From contig JAQBHB010000023.1 in NCBI GenBank assembly GCA_032128115.1, positions 1 to 64,000 of the forward strand: 64,000 nt of DNA, given 5' to 3'. The notes below the pieces were generated by a model that made no database searches, was not told the DNA's origin, and was given only the letters and a program-made list of their open reading frames with translations. Source of the stretch: Deltaproteobacteria bacterium. GTDB lineage: Bacteria > Myxococcota_A > UBA9160 > SMWR01. How positions within the stretch are numbered: the first letter of the stretch is position 1; every line of letters starts with the position of its first letter. Both the position numbers and the translations under genes were made by a program. Shown in pieces: positions 8,717 through 18,182 of this stretch.

Positions 8717-9868
8717 ATCAAACTGGCCGTGATCGGCCTGGGACTCCGTATGGCCGTGGTGGTCACCCACCTGTGCCGCGTCGATCCCCGCGTGCGGCTG
8801 GTAGCGATCTGCGATCCCCAACCCCTGGGGCGGCAGCTGCTGGATTCCGCGGGGGTCCCGTACGGCGATCACTTCGACGATCCGGCCCGGATGCTCGAGA
8901 CGCTGTCGCCCGACTGGGTGCTGGTGGGGTCGCCGAACCACCTGCACCTGGAGCATATCCGGTTGGGGCTGGAGGCCGGGTGCCATGTATTCAGCGAGAA
9001 GCCGGTGGTGCGCACGCAAGATGAAACCTGGGAGCTGTGTCGTCTGCTGGCCCGGCACGGGGCGTCGCGACTGATCGTGGGCCTGGTGCTCCGCTCAGCG
9101 CCGTTGGTGGTGGCCGTGCGTCGTCACCTGGAAGCGGGACGCCTGGGACGGATCGTGAGCGCGGAAGCCAACGAGCACCTGCACCCGGAGCACGGGGGCT
9201 TCCTGGCCCGCGACTGGCGCCGGCGCAGTGAGTGGGGCGGCTCGTTCCTGCTGGACAAGTGCTGCCACGACTTCGACCTCTACCGCCTGTTCGTGGGAGC
9301 GCTTCCGTCGCGGGTGGTGAGCTTTGCGGGCCGCAGCATCTTCAGCGAAGACGGCGCAGCCCTGGCCGACCGTCGTTATCCCTCGGGACACGCCCCGTAT
9401 CGGCTCTGGCCGCGCGGCTGGCAGGCTGCGGAGGATTCCTTCGCGGGCGACGGCGACGTCGCCGACCACCAGGTGGCCCTGGTGGAATACGCCAACGACG
9501 TGCGTCTCGCGTTCCACGTGAACTCGCATTCGGGCGTGGTGCAGCGGCGATGGTTGCTCGCGGGCACCCTGGGCACGCTGGAGGCGGATCTCCAGGAAAA
9601 CCGCCTGCTCCTGCGCGACGTGGTCTCGGGAGAAGAAGCCATCCGCGAGTCGTTCGAACTCGACCCGGCCGGTCACTCCGGCGCCGACGTCGCCATGGCC
9701 CGCGATCTGGCGGGCCACATGCTCGACGGCCGGCCCTTCCCGGTGAGCGCCTACGACGCCCTGGTGGCCGGACTCACGGTAATGGCAGTGGATCGCGCCG
9801 CCCAGACGGGCCAGGTGGTGGATTGCCAGCCCCTCTGGCACCAACTCGACGCGCTGTTCCCCGCGTGA
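8717..9868 (+). CDS. Gfo/Idh/MocA family oxidoreductase (start uncertain)
   Basis: KLAVIGLG, VGSPNHLH, FSEKP, LLDKCCHDFD. No ATG/GTG/TTG precedes the first Rossmann strand. Confidence 0.85.
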   Translation: MKLAVIGLGLRMAVVVTHLCRVDPRVRLVAICDPQPLGRQLLDSAGVPYGDHFDDPARMLETLSPDWVLVGSPNHLHLEHIRLGLEAGCHVFSEKPVVRTQDETWELCRLLARHGASRLIVGLVLRSAPLVVAVRRHLEAGRLGRIVSAEANEHLHPEHGGFLARDWRRRSEWGGSFLLDKCCHDFDLYRLFVGALPSRVVSFAGRSIFSEDGAALADRRYPSGHAPYRLWPRGWQAAEDSFAGDGDVADHQVALVEYANDVRLAFHVNSHSGVVQRRWLLAGTLGTLEADLQENRLLLRDVVSGEEAIRESFELDPAGHSGADVAMARDLAGHMLDGRPFPVSAYDALVAGLTVMAVDRAAQTGQVVDCQPLWHQLDALFPA

Positions 9869-9870
9869 TC

Positions 9871-9904
9871 GGCCGGGCGAGGAGCCGAATGCCCCCGCCC
9901 GGCC
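9871..9904. terminator. Hairpin between convergent genes
   Basis: GGCCGGGCG ... CGCCCGGCC 9-bp stem, no U-tract. Confidence 0.4.
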
Positions 9905-9918
9905 AGCCACAGCCATCA

Positions 9919-10677
9919 CTACTTCTTCTTCACTTTGCCCCAGCTCGTGATCTCGAGATCCTCGTCGGCGACCTGGCCGATGCCCTCTACGTAGAGCTTG
10001 GTCTCCTCGTCGTCCGAGCAGTCCTGCGTATTGAAGGTCTCGACGCACTGCGCTTCGAACTCGAAGTCGCCCGCCTCGCAGCCGTCGTGGATCGCCTCGA
10101 TACGAGCCTTGTCGAGAGCCGAATCCTCGGGGGCGATTTCCTCGTAGTAGCCACCGCCCACCAGGATCGTCCCGGGCATGATGATTCCGGCGCGCGCTCC
10201 ATTCACGCCGTCCTGCCAGGCACCTGCGTCGCCGATCACGTTGCCCTCTTCGTCGTAGTCTTCACCCGTCTCACCGAAGTAGAAGACCGAGCCCGTCTGC
10301 TGGCACGCGGCGAAGTAGTTCTCCGACCGCTCCGTGAGGATGAGATCCTCTCCGTCGCGCTCGTAGGCGAGCTCCTCGACCACCCGCGTCTTGACGCCGT
10401 TCACCTTCTTGGTCTCCTTCAGGACGGTGACCACGGCCACCTCTTCGTCCGACTCCAGGACGATCTGCCAGCCCGGAGTGAGGGGGAAGTAGGGGTTCAT
10501 GCTCTTGGTGGTGAACTTGCAGTTATCTCGCCCGAAGGAGCTCGTGAACTCCGGATCCGGAACGAACTCGTCGCTGTCGATCGGGCACTCCGCGCTGGCG
10601 GCGGTTGCCGCGAGAGCGAAGGCGAGTGTGAAGATCGTGGTCCATGCCGCTCGGCAACTGGAATTCTTCCTCGTCAT
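9919..10677 (-). CDS. Secreted acidic hypothetical protein
   Basis: Signal peptide ending in ATAASA; NPYFPLTPG, GVKTRVVEE, VFYFGE, AGIIMP; AGGAGG upstream. Confidence 0.8.
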   Translation of the reverse strand: MTRKNSSCRAAWTTIFTLAFALAATAASAECPIDSDEFVPDPEFTSSFGRDNCKFTTKSMNPYFPLTPGWQIVLESDEEVAVVTVLKETKKVNGVKTRVVEELAYERDGEDLILTERSENYFAACQQTGSVFYFGETGEDYDEEGNVIGDAGAWQDGVNGARAGIIMPGTILVGGGYYEEIAPEDSALDKARIEAIHDGCEAGDFEFEAQCVETFNTQDCSDDEETKLYVEGIGQVADEDLEITSWGKVKKK

Positions 10678-10759
10678 CTCCGTATTCCTCCTTGCCGCAG
10701 CGGAATCGATTCGTGCCGCTACTGGCGTTGTGGTTCCAACGTTTCGATTTCACGTACTG

Positions 10760-10775
10760 AGCAAGGGGCGTGCCG
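10760..10775 (-). promoter_or_regulatory. Sigma-54 (-24/-12) promoter
   Basis: Minus strand CGGCACGCCCCTTGCT = GG-N10-GC, near the TGGCACG-N4-TTGC consensus, about 80 bp upstream of the 10677 start. Confidence 0.65.
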
Positions 10776-10923
10776 CGCGGGAAGCGCCTGGCAGCCGTTT
10801 GGAGCCGTCGGGGCCTGCCGAATCCGGCAGAACACCGCCGATTCCGGCGGAGAGGTCGGGGATTCAGTGAGCGGCTGCAGCGCGAGCCCGAGCAGATCGA
10901 GTGGGTGGGCTGAGAGAGGCTGG

Positions 10924-11205
10924 TCAGGCGGCCTTCCGCGTGATGGTCGGCTCGGGCGCGGGCTCCAGCTCCATGGCCGGAATCGCTTCGGCGCCGGCAC
11001 CGCTGAGGATGCTCCAATCGTCCCAGCTGAAGCCGCCGATTCCCTTGTAGGCCGCGCGGAAGCAAAGGCTCATGGCCAGGTGCTCGACGAACACGAGCGG
11101 CGACGGCAACGTGGCAACTCCCGCCATGACCGTAGCCGTGATCAACGATGCAACTGCCGCAAAGAGAGTCAGAGCGTACGCTGTGAACATCTTGTCCTGG
11201 TCCAA
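10924..11205 (-). CDS. Small membrane protein, hypothetical (93 aa)
   Basis: GGAGG RBS 5 nt before TTG; hydrophobic N-terminal half; ends PTITRKAA. Confidence 0.6.
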   Translation of the reverse strand: MDQDKMFTAYALTLFAAVASLITATVMAGVATLPSPLVFVEHLAMSLCFRAAYKGIGGFSWDDWSILSGAGAEAIPAMELEPAPEPTITRKAA

Positions 11206-11252
11206 TTGTGCCTCCGTTTTGGCCTCACGGGCCCGCGTGGACGCCGGGGATT

Positions 11253-11268
11253 TGCAGGCTCCGTGCCA
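11253..11268 (-). promoter_or_regulatory. Sigma-54 (-24/-12) promoter
   Basis: Minus strand TGGCACGGAGCCTGCA = GG-N10-GC, about 50 bp upstream of the 11205 start. Confidence 0.65.
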
Positions 11269-11535
11269 TTCTTCCGGGAGGCGGAGGTGCCGTTCAGGAA
11301 TGGGTGGGGAAAGTTCGGACACCAGCGTCGAGTGGCACCCGGTCCGAGGTGTTCAAAGCCCTGTTTTCGGGCGAGATTCACGAATTCGAAGTGCGAACGG
11401 GGCTGTGCCAGTCTGGTACAGGGCTCTGGAAAACGACCTGTTCGGATTCCCAGATAGCTGCAACGTGCGCGTGAGGTTGCATCGATTCTGGGGCGAAGAT
11501 TCTCAGCCACGTGGGGCAGGCTGAGTCAAACCTTC

Positions 11536-13215
11536 TCACTGCGGGGCCATATACAAGGGCGTCGCGAGGGGCACGACTTCGAAGATCGACTTCGCGGTCC
11601 CCTGGAATACCAGCCGCAGGGCGCCACCGAGTTCCTCGATCCGGGCCCGGCCAGCCTCGCCGAGCCACTTCCGGTCGACGACCAGGTAGCGAACTCCCTG
11701 TTCCTGCGCGTACCTGGCGCTCTCGGCGGAGGGAAAGTCGCGAAGCTTCGCTAACCAGACGTCGGCGCTGCGGGGCAGGAAGCCCGAGTAGCCGTTCACG
11801 AGCGGCATGCCGTGATCCAGCCCCTGGAGCATCTCGAGAACGGTCCTCTGGAACTCGGAGGCAGACCTCATCTCCGCGATCGGAAGCATCGCGACGGGAC
11901 CGCGGGGCTGCTCCCGAAGCGCTTCGACCCACGGGGCGCTGCGCACCGATTCGGGGATGGGGTAGAGCCGCGCGGGCAGGGTGAGGACCTCGACGAAGCT
12001 CCACGCCACGAGACCGACGGCGAGGAGCCGCCCGCCGCGGCCCGGCCGCGCCCACAGGGCGCCGGCCCCGAGCCCTGCCAGCGCGACCAGGAAGATCTGC
12101 GCGAACGCCGCGAACCGATGCGGGCTCCGCAGCTCGGCCATCCCGGGGTACCACGCCCGCAGGAACTCGTATGGCTGGAATCCCCCCAGCTCGAGCCGCG
12201 GTCCCAGACTGAACAGGAAGGCGAGCGCGGCACCGCTTGCGCAGTAGAGGGCGAAGCGCCGCTCGCGACCGCGCAGGCCCGCCGCGAGCCCGAGTGCGCC
12301 GAGCACGAGCAGTCCGGTCCCCGGGTAGAAGGCGTGTGGCGTGCCGGCATCGTGTCGCAGCCAGAACGCCACGTGGTCTCCCAGAGCCGCAGGGTGAAGC
12401 TTCAGGTAGTCGACGGGCTCCGCACTCATGTGGACGAGGCGCGCCGGATCGCGCGAGTAGTTCCGCGCGGTCCGCAGGAGCGGAGAGATCAGGGGAACGA
12501 GCGCGACGATCGCGAGCACCAGCCCAGCGGCAAGATTGCGAAGGGTGCGCAGATTCGCGTGTCTCCGCTCCGCCAGACAGATGGCCCCGAGAACGAGGAA
12601 GAGGCTCCAGTAGACGCCGTATTGCACACAGAAGTAGACGGTGACGGTGCTCCAGAGTCCGAGGAGTCCGATTGCACCCGGCGTGGGCCGTCGCTGCACC
12701 CGACGCAGGGCGCGGAGGGCGTGGAACACGGGGAAGAGCACCGTCAACTGCAGCACGCCCAGCTGATCTGCGAGGAAGGAGAGATCCAGGGCGAGGAGCC
12801 CGCCGAGGAAGGCGGGGAGCCGCGCGACCCCCAGTTCGCGCAGCAGCAGCTGCGCCGCCAGTGCGTTCCAGGCGAGGATCCCGAGCAGCAGCAGGTTGTA
12901 CGCCAGCGGGCCGTTTCCAGTCGCCACGTAGGGCAGAGCGAAGCCCAGGCCCGAGAGAATGTGGGGCTCGGAGAGGGCGAGTACGCCCTTCTCCGGGTAG
13001 AAAATGGGCGCGTCCCAGTAGCCGTCGTAGAGGTGGAGCGCGCGGTCGGCGTTCCACCGCAGCGTCCACAGGTTGAAGAGCGCCACCATTGCGGCGGGCT
13101 CGGTCCGTCCGAGCGGCAGCGAGTCCTGCACGCGTGTGACGAGCGGCCACGTCACCAGGCAGGTGAGGGACGCGTACACGAGGCCGACCATCGCACGCTC
13201 GAGCGGTCGAGGCAT
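11536..13215 (-). CDS. GT-C-like polytopic membrane protein
   Basis: Many TM helices; YWDAPIFYP...LALSE, LRSPHRF, HGMPLVNGYSGF; GGAGG RBS before ATG at 13215. Confidence 0.8.
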   Translation of the reverse strand: MPRPLERAMVGLVYASLTCLVTWPLVTRVQDSLPLGRTEPAAMVALFNLWTLRWNADRALHLYDGYWDAPIFYPEKGVLALSEPHILSGLGFALPYVATGNGPLAYNLLLLGILAWNALAAQLLLRELGVARLPAFLGGLLALDLSFLADQLGVLQLTVLFPVFHALRALRRVQRRPTPGAIGLLGLWSTVTVYFCVQYGVYWSLFLVLGAICLAERRHANLRTLRNLAAGLVLAIVALVPLISPLLRTARNYSRDPARLVHMSAEPVDYLKLHPAALGDHVAFWLRHDAGTPHAFYPGTGLLVLGALGLAAGLRGRERRFALYCASGAALAFLFSLGPRLELGGFQPYEFLRAWYPGMAELRSPHRFAAFAQIFLVALAGLGAGALWARPGRGGRLLAVGLVAWSFVEVLTLPARLYPIPESVRSAPWVEALREQPRGPVAMLPIAEMRSASEFQRTVLEMLQGLDHGMPLVNGYSGFLPRSADVWLAKLRDFPSAESARYAQEQGVRYLVVDRKWLGEAGRARIEELGGALRLVFQGTAKSIFEVVPLATPLYMAPQ

Positions 13216-13421
13216 CTCACCCTCCCGCGCCGACGCTCGTCGGATCGCAGACGGTATCGGAGCCGGCAAGGACACGCCCCCGCTGCGAGAATCCGGGCCG
13301 TCCACGGCGAGGTCATCGAGGCGTTTCCGAAGTCGTTCGTGCGACGGACGAACCGCCAGAGGCCGAAGCCAAGCATGCGGTCGCCGCCGCACCGGGGGGG
13401 CGGGCCCAGCGTGCCGATCTA

Positions 13422-13436
13422 GTCGCTTATAGCAAC
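13422..13436. promoter_or_regulatory. Imperfect palindrome, possible HxlR operator
   Basis: GTcGCT-TAT-AGCaAC just upstream of the HxlR start. Confidence 0.3.
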
Positions 13437-13457
13437 CATTTTTCGTAGTCTGTCCGC

Positions 13458-13955
13458 GTGGACCGGACGCGTTTTCACGACATGAACTGCGGCATCGCCC
13501 AGGCCCTCGAGGCGCTGGGCGACTGGTGGACGTTGCTCATCGTGCGCAACGCCTTCTTCGGAATGCGCCGCTTCGCCGACTTCGAGGCGAACCTGGGTAT
13601 CGCAAAGAACGTGCTCTCGAAGCGACTCCAGCATCTGGTGGACCACGAGATCCTGGAGAAGGTCGAGGTGGGCCAGCACGGTATCCGCTTCGAGTACCGG
13701 CTCACCGAGAAGGGCGAGGCGCTCCTGCCCGTGCTCACGACGCTGCGCGAGTGGTCGGACGCATGGGTCTACGGGCGAGGAAACGAACCCCTGCTCATGA
13801 AGGACCGTCGCGCCGGGAAGCGCGTGCCGAGGCTTCACGTCCGCGACGTGGGGGGAAGAATCCTCACCCGGTGCGACCTGAAGGCCGTTCCGGGACCCGG
13901 TGCCTTGCCCGAGACCCTCAAGATGCTCTCTCCCTGTCGGGCCCGAGGAGATTGA
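13458..13955 (+). CDS. HxlR family winged-helix regulator
   Basis: CGIAQALEALGDWWTLLIVRNAF.G.RRF; EYRLTEKG. Confidence 0.93.
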   Translation: MDRTRFHDMNCGIAQALEALGDWWTLLIVRNAFFGMRRFADFEANLGIAKNVLSKRLQHLVDHEILEKVEVGQHGIRFEYRLTEKGEALLPVLTTLREWSDAWVYGRGNEPLLMKDRRAGKRVPRLHVRDVGGRILTRCDLKAVPGPGALPETLKMLSPCRARGD

Positions 13956-15208
13956 AGCCGACCGCCGGATGGCTCCTGCTCGCCCTCGCGCTCGTGCTGT
14001 GCGAGGGCGCGGCGCGCCTGGTGTTTCCGGTACCGGAAGTCAGCAACTTCAACCGCATCTCGTTCACGCCGACCGGAATCTTCGGCGGCATGGACGAGAT
14101 CTCGGGCGCCGACCCCACGCCTCCCATGGGCCGATCGAAGGCACCGCGCCATCCCCTTCGCAACGTCGTGGTCACCTGGGCTTCCGAGCCGGACCGGCGT
14201 GAGTTCAGCCACGCGCTCAATCTCTACGGCTTCCGCGGGCCGGATTTCCAGGTGCAGCGACGCCATGGCGTGCGCCGCGTCCTGTTCCTGGGCGACAGCT
14301 TCACCGAAGGTTTCGGAGCCCAGGACGACGAGACCCTGCCCGTGGTCTTCGAGCGTCTCTCGGGAGAGAGGCTCGAAGCGCTCAACCTGGGGGTGGCGGG
14401 CACGCAGCTGCCCCACTACACGCGGCTCGCGCGAGTGGCCATCCCGCTCCTGAAGCCGGACGCGGTGTTCCTCGTGCTGTACGCCAACGACTTTCCGCTT
14501 CGGGTGGAGTACGAACCTCGATCCGACTCGTTCGCGCCTCGCTGGAACCGTTGGTGGACACCGCGTCTGATCAGCACCGCGACGGGCCTGGCCGAGGGAG
14601 ACACACCGGCGCTCTTCTACCACCGCGGCCCGTTTCCCTTCTTCCTGCCCGTCCCGCACCCGTCGAATCCGCTGAGCCAGGGTCCCCGTGAGCCCGACCC
14701 GGAGGTGCGCCCGGACATCTGGCGCGCCATGCGCTGGGGGCGATTCAATCCCTTCGTTCGCCAAGGAACCATGCGGATGGAGCAGGAGCTCACCCAACCG
14801 CTGGACGAGGTCACCGGGGGGCGGAGCTACCTGACGGAGATCCGCGACCTGGCGGCGGGGGTGGGAGCGTCGCTGGTGGCGACGTACGTTCCGCTGCACG
14901 TGACGGTGTCAGATCACTACTATCCCCTGTGCCTCGACATGGGCGTGCGCTTCGCGCGACCGACGCTGGTCACCGAGGCATACCGCCGTCACCAGAGAGA
15001 TCTGGCCGAGATGCTCGACGAGCTGGGCATTCCCTTCGTCGACCCCACCGAAGCCATGCGGGCCGCGGAGGATACGGGCCAGCGACTGTACGTAGGCTAC
15101 GACCCTCACCTCAACGCGGCCGGCTATCGCCTTCTGGCGGAACAGCTGCGACAGGCGGCGGAACAGCTGCGACGGGCGGCGGAACGGCTCCGACAGGCAG
15201 CCCCATGA
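13952..15208 (+). CDS. Membrane-anchored SGNH/GDSL protein
   Basis: TTGA overlap with the HxlR stop; TM helix; NLYGFRG, FLGDSFTEG, YAND, DPHLNAAG. Confidence 0.85.
   Translation: MKPTAGWLLLALALVLCEGAARLVFPVPEVSNFNRISFTPTGIFGGMDEISGADPTPPMGRSKAPRHPLRNVVVTWASEPDRREFSHALNLYGFRGPDFQVQRRHGVRRVLFLGDSFTEGFGAQDDETLPVVFERLSGERLEALNLGVAGTQLPHYTRLARVAIPLLKPDAVFLVLYANDFPLRVEYEPRSDSFAPRWNRWWTPRLISTATGLAEGDTPALFYHRGPFPFFLPVPHPSNPLSQGPREPDPEVRPDIWRAMRWGRFNPFVRQGTMRMEQELTQPLDEVTGGRSYLTEIRDLAAGVGASLVATYVPLHVTVSDHYYPLCLDMGVRFARPTLVTEAYRRHQRDLAEMLDELGIPFVDPTEAMRAAEDTGQRLYVGYDPHLNAAGYRLLAEQLRQAAEQLRRAAERLRQAAP
15136..15198 (+). repeat. 21-bp x3 in-frame tandem repeat (AEQLRQA-like heptads)
   Basis: ggcggaacagctgcgacaggc / ...cgacgggc / ggcggaacggctccgacaggc. 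Confidence 0.9.
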
Positions 15209-15250
15209 CGCATTCGGAAGACCCGCGAGTCTCGCCCGCGACTTCGAGCC

Positions 15251-16573
15251 CTACCGAGCCCGCATCGACGTACCCGAGGAGTCGTAGAGCAACGCCGCCG
15301 AGATCAGCGCCGCGGCGACGAGCCACAGCGAGTAGCGGTAGTCGATGGACGGCGTGAGGACGAACAGCGGGAGCACCGAGAGCAGGCCGCTCCCGGCGAC
15401 GGCCCGGGCCAGCCGCGCCCTCTCGCTCCGCACCCGCCACGACGAGCCCCAGACGGCGCATGCCAGCAGCCCGTAGACCCAGGGCCAGCACAGGAAGCTG
15501 TTGGCGCAGACCCCGAGCAGCCACTTGAACGCGCCCCAGCCGGGGCGCGGGGAGAACTCGAACGCCTGGGGAAAGAACCAGACCGGAATCGACTTCAGGA
15601 CGAAGACCGGATCGGGATCGGACAGCAGCCGCGCCATCACACGACTGCGGTGGCGCAGGTACTCCACCGGATGGGCGACGATTGCCGCGAGCCAGGAGAC
15701 GACGATCTCCCGGGATTCGTCTCTGGAGAGGTGGTCCCAGAGAATGTCCTGGGTCTGCTTGCCGTTCACGTAGATGCGCTCGTAGTCGCAGCGGTAGGCC
15801 CGCGAGATCGAGCGCAGGCGCTCGAGGTCGAGCCCAGGGCGCACGATCGCCGACTCCGGCACCAGCAGCTGATCGGTCATGAGCGAGATCTGCGCCAGAT
15901 CCCACAGCGGGACGGCTGCGAAGTAGGAAAGCCGCTTCACCCCCAGCGTGTTGACGAGAGAGGTGGCGAGCAGCAGGACGCCGAAGACGGCGCTGAACGC
16001 GACGGCCCGGCGGACCCCGACACGGCCCCGACGCCAGAAGGGAAACAGACGGTCCGCCAGCCACCACACGAGAGGAACGACGGTGAAGACGTTGTTGAAG
16101 CGGACCGCCAACGCGTAGAAGACGAAGGGCAGCGCCAGCCAGGCCGGCCAAGCCCGGGGTCGTCGCTGCGACTCGACCAGGAGTCCGACGGTGAGCGTCA
16201 GCGCCGCAACAGCGCCCTGGTCCTTGAGCAGCGTTCCCATCAGGCCCAACAGCGGCGGAAAGAGACCCAGTCCCAGCACGAGAGCGACGCGGGCGCGCGC
16301 GCTCCGCACGACGCTCGTCGCTGCCAGCGCCAGTCCCGTCCAGTACGCGGCGCTCTGGACGACGAGCATCCCGCCCGAGCCGAAGAGGACCTGGTTCGTC
16401 AGCGCCCACAGGTAGGCCATGATCGGCGGGTGGGCGTTGTCGACGACACCGGTGACGGCCTGCTGGGCCTGCCAGGTGGAGTCCCAATCCATGATTCCCG
16501 GGTAGAAGAGGTAGAGCGTCGCCGCGAACCCGAGAGCGCTGGCGATCCAGGGAGCCCAGGCGGCGAGCGGCAT
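15251..16573 (-). CDS. GT-C-like membrane protein
   Basis: YPGIMDWDS..Q...A...DNAHPP; LKD; RFN; about 10 TM helices. Confidence 0.8.
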   Translation of the reverse strand: MPLAAWAPWIASALGFAATLYLFYPGIMDWDSTWQAQQAVTGVVDNAHPPIMAYLWALTNQVLFGSGGMLVVQSAAYWTGLALAATSVVRSARARVALVLGLGLFPPLLGLMGTLLKDQGAVAALTLTVGLLVESQRRPRAWPAWLALPFVFYALAVRFNNVFTVVPLVWWLADRLFPFWRRGRVGVRRAVAFSAVFGVLLLATSLVNTLGVKRLSYFAAVPLWDLAQISLMTDQLLVPESAIVRPGLDLERLRSISRAYRCDYERIYVNGKQTQDILWDHLSRDESREIVVSWLAAIVAHPVEYLRHRSRVMARLLSDPDPVFVLKSIPVWFFPQAFEFSPRPGWGAFKWLLGVCANSFLCWPWVYGLLACAVWGSSWRVRSERARLARAVAGSGLLSVLPLFVLTPSIDYRYSLWLVAAALISAALLYDSSGTSMRAR

Positions 16574-16702
16574 CAGCCGGTCAGGACCTGCTTGCGCGCG
16601 GCTGTGATGACCTCGGCCGGCTTGTCGCACTGGATCCGCAATCGCACGCCACTCCCCCCGGCTGCGCCGATCCCCGTGTATAACGGATTCCCTCCGGGGC
16701 TC

Positions 16703-18088
16703 CTACTCCACGTAGCCCAGGGCCCGCAGCTTCTCGCGGGCCGCGTCGTTCGCGCGAGGATCGACCTTGGGCCCGCGGATCTGCATCCCCTGCTCGTACG
16801 CGCCAGGATTGCCAGCCGGATCGGGATCGTCCTTCACGATCTCGATGAGCGTCCGGGCACCCGCCTCGTCGCCTCGCCAGGCACGGGGCTTCTTCTCGTC
16901 GGGATCCCCGGCGAGCTCGTAGTGGCGCCGGAGCATCACGTTCCGGCCCGGGCCCCGCACGAACACGACCCACTTCCGATCGCCCTGGATCGACGCGCGC
17001 CACTGCCCCCCGGCTCCGAAGGCCTCGCCCACGAGCACGCGGTCGTCGCCGAGTCCCTCTCCCGTGCGCAGGTCCACGTCGAGCATGTCGTCTGGAATCT
17101 CGACGCCGGCGGCGCGGAGCAACGTGGGCGCCACGTCGGTGCCGTGGGCCGCCCGCGCCGCGGGCCCCGGTCGCACCCCCGGGCCGCGCAGCATCAGCGG
17201 CACGCGAAGGATGGCTTCGTAGACCTGGAAGCCGTGAGCGAACCAGAACTCGTGCTCGAGCATGGTCTCGCCGTGATCGGCGGTGAAGACAACGAGCGCG
17301 TCGTCGAGACCGGGTCCGTAGCCAGCGAGCAACCGGCCGATCTGCTCGTCGGTGTAGGCGACCTCGTCATCGTAGCGATCCACGTAGTCCCAGGCGTTGG
17401 AGAAATCCGGCTCCTGCATGTAGGACTTGATGCGGTGCGGCTCGACGGGCTTCGTGCGTGTGCCCTCGAAGCGCTTCCCCCACTCGGGCGGAGGGCGATA
17501 GGGCGCGTGGGGATCGATGTAGTGGACCCACAAGAAGACCGGGCGCTCCGGATCGCGCACGTCTCGCAGCCACGCCAGCGCGGCATCGGTCGTGCGGGCC
17601 GCGTTGCGTTCCCAGATCTCTCGCGAGGACTCCTGCTCGTCCACGAAGTCGTCGTAGTGATCGAACCGGCGGGACATCCCAATCGCCTCTTCGGTGAGAA
17701 CGATGCTCGAGACGAATGCGGCCGTCTGGTAGTGCTCGGGCAATCGGTCGGTCAGCAGCTTCACCTCGTCGGGGACGAGCTGGTAGAGGACTCGCACCCG
17801 GTGTTCCTGGGGAAGGCGTCCGGTGAGGAGGCTCACGACGCTCGGCGCAGTGCTCGCGGAGGTGCTGTACGCCCGCGTGTAGACACGGCCCGATGCGAAG
17901 AAGCCATCGAGATTCGGCGTGGTGTCGCGGTCGTAACCGTAGATCCCGAGATGATCTGGCCGCAGCGTGTCGACGCTCACGAGAACGAGATCCGGCACCG
18001 AGGCTCCGTCACCGCAGGCGAGCGACACCAGCAGCACCGAAACGAGAGACAGGATCCCAGGGGTATACGCTGCGCGGCGCCGATTCAC
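16703..18088 (-). CDS. Sulfatase-fold (alkaline phosphatase superfamily) lipoprotein; start uncertain
   Basis: Lipobox VSLAC; VSVDTLRPDHL, TTPNLD, HYIDPHAPY, TADHGE, C-terminal LRALGYVE. Confidence 0.85.
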   Translation of the reverse strand: MNRRRAAYTPGILSLVSVLLVSLACGDGASVPDLVLVSVDTLRPDHLGIYGYDRDTTPNLDGFFASGRVYTRAYSTSASTAPSVVSLLTGRLPQEHRVRVLYQLVPDEVKLLTDRLPEHYQTAAFVSSIVLTEEAIGMSRRFDHYDDFVDEQESSREIWERNAARTTDAALAWLRDVRDPERPVFLWVHYIDPHAPYRPPPEWGKRFEGTRTKPVEPHRIKSYMQEPDFSNAWDYVDRYDDEVAYTDEQIGRLLAGYGPGLDDALVVFTADHGETMLEHEFWFAHGFQVYEAILRVPLMLRGPGVRPGPAARAAHGTDVAPTLLRAAGVEIPDDMLDVDLRTGEGLGDDRVLVGEAFGAGGQWRASIQGDRKWVVFVRGPGRNVMLRRHYELAGDPDEKKPRAWRGDEAGARTLIEIVKDDPDPAGNPGAYEQGMQIRGPKVDPRANDAAREKLRALGYVE

Positions 18089-18182
18089 GTCGGCGCCTAG
18101 TATATCTTCCCGCGGCTCCGCGCCCGCGCCGGCGGCTAGAGGATGCATGACGCTGCCCGCCCTGGGGTAAAGTCAGACACCG

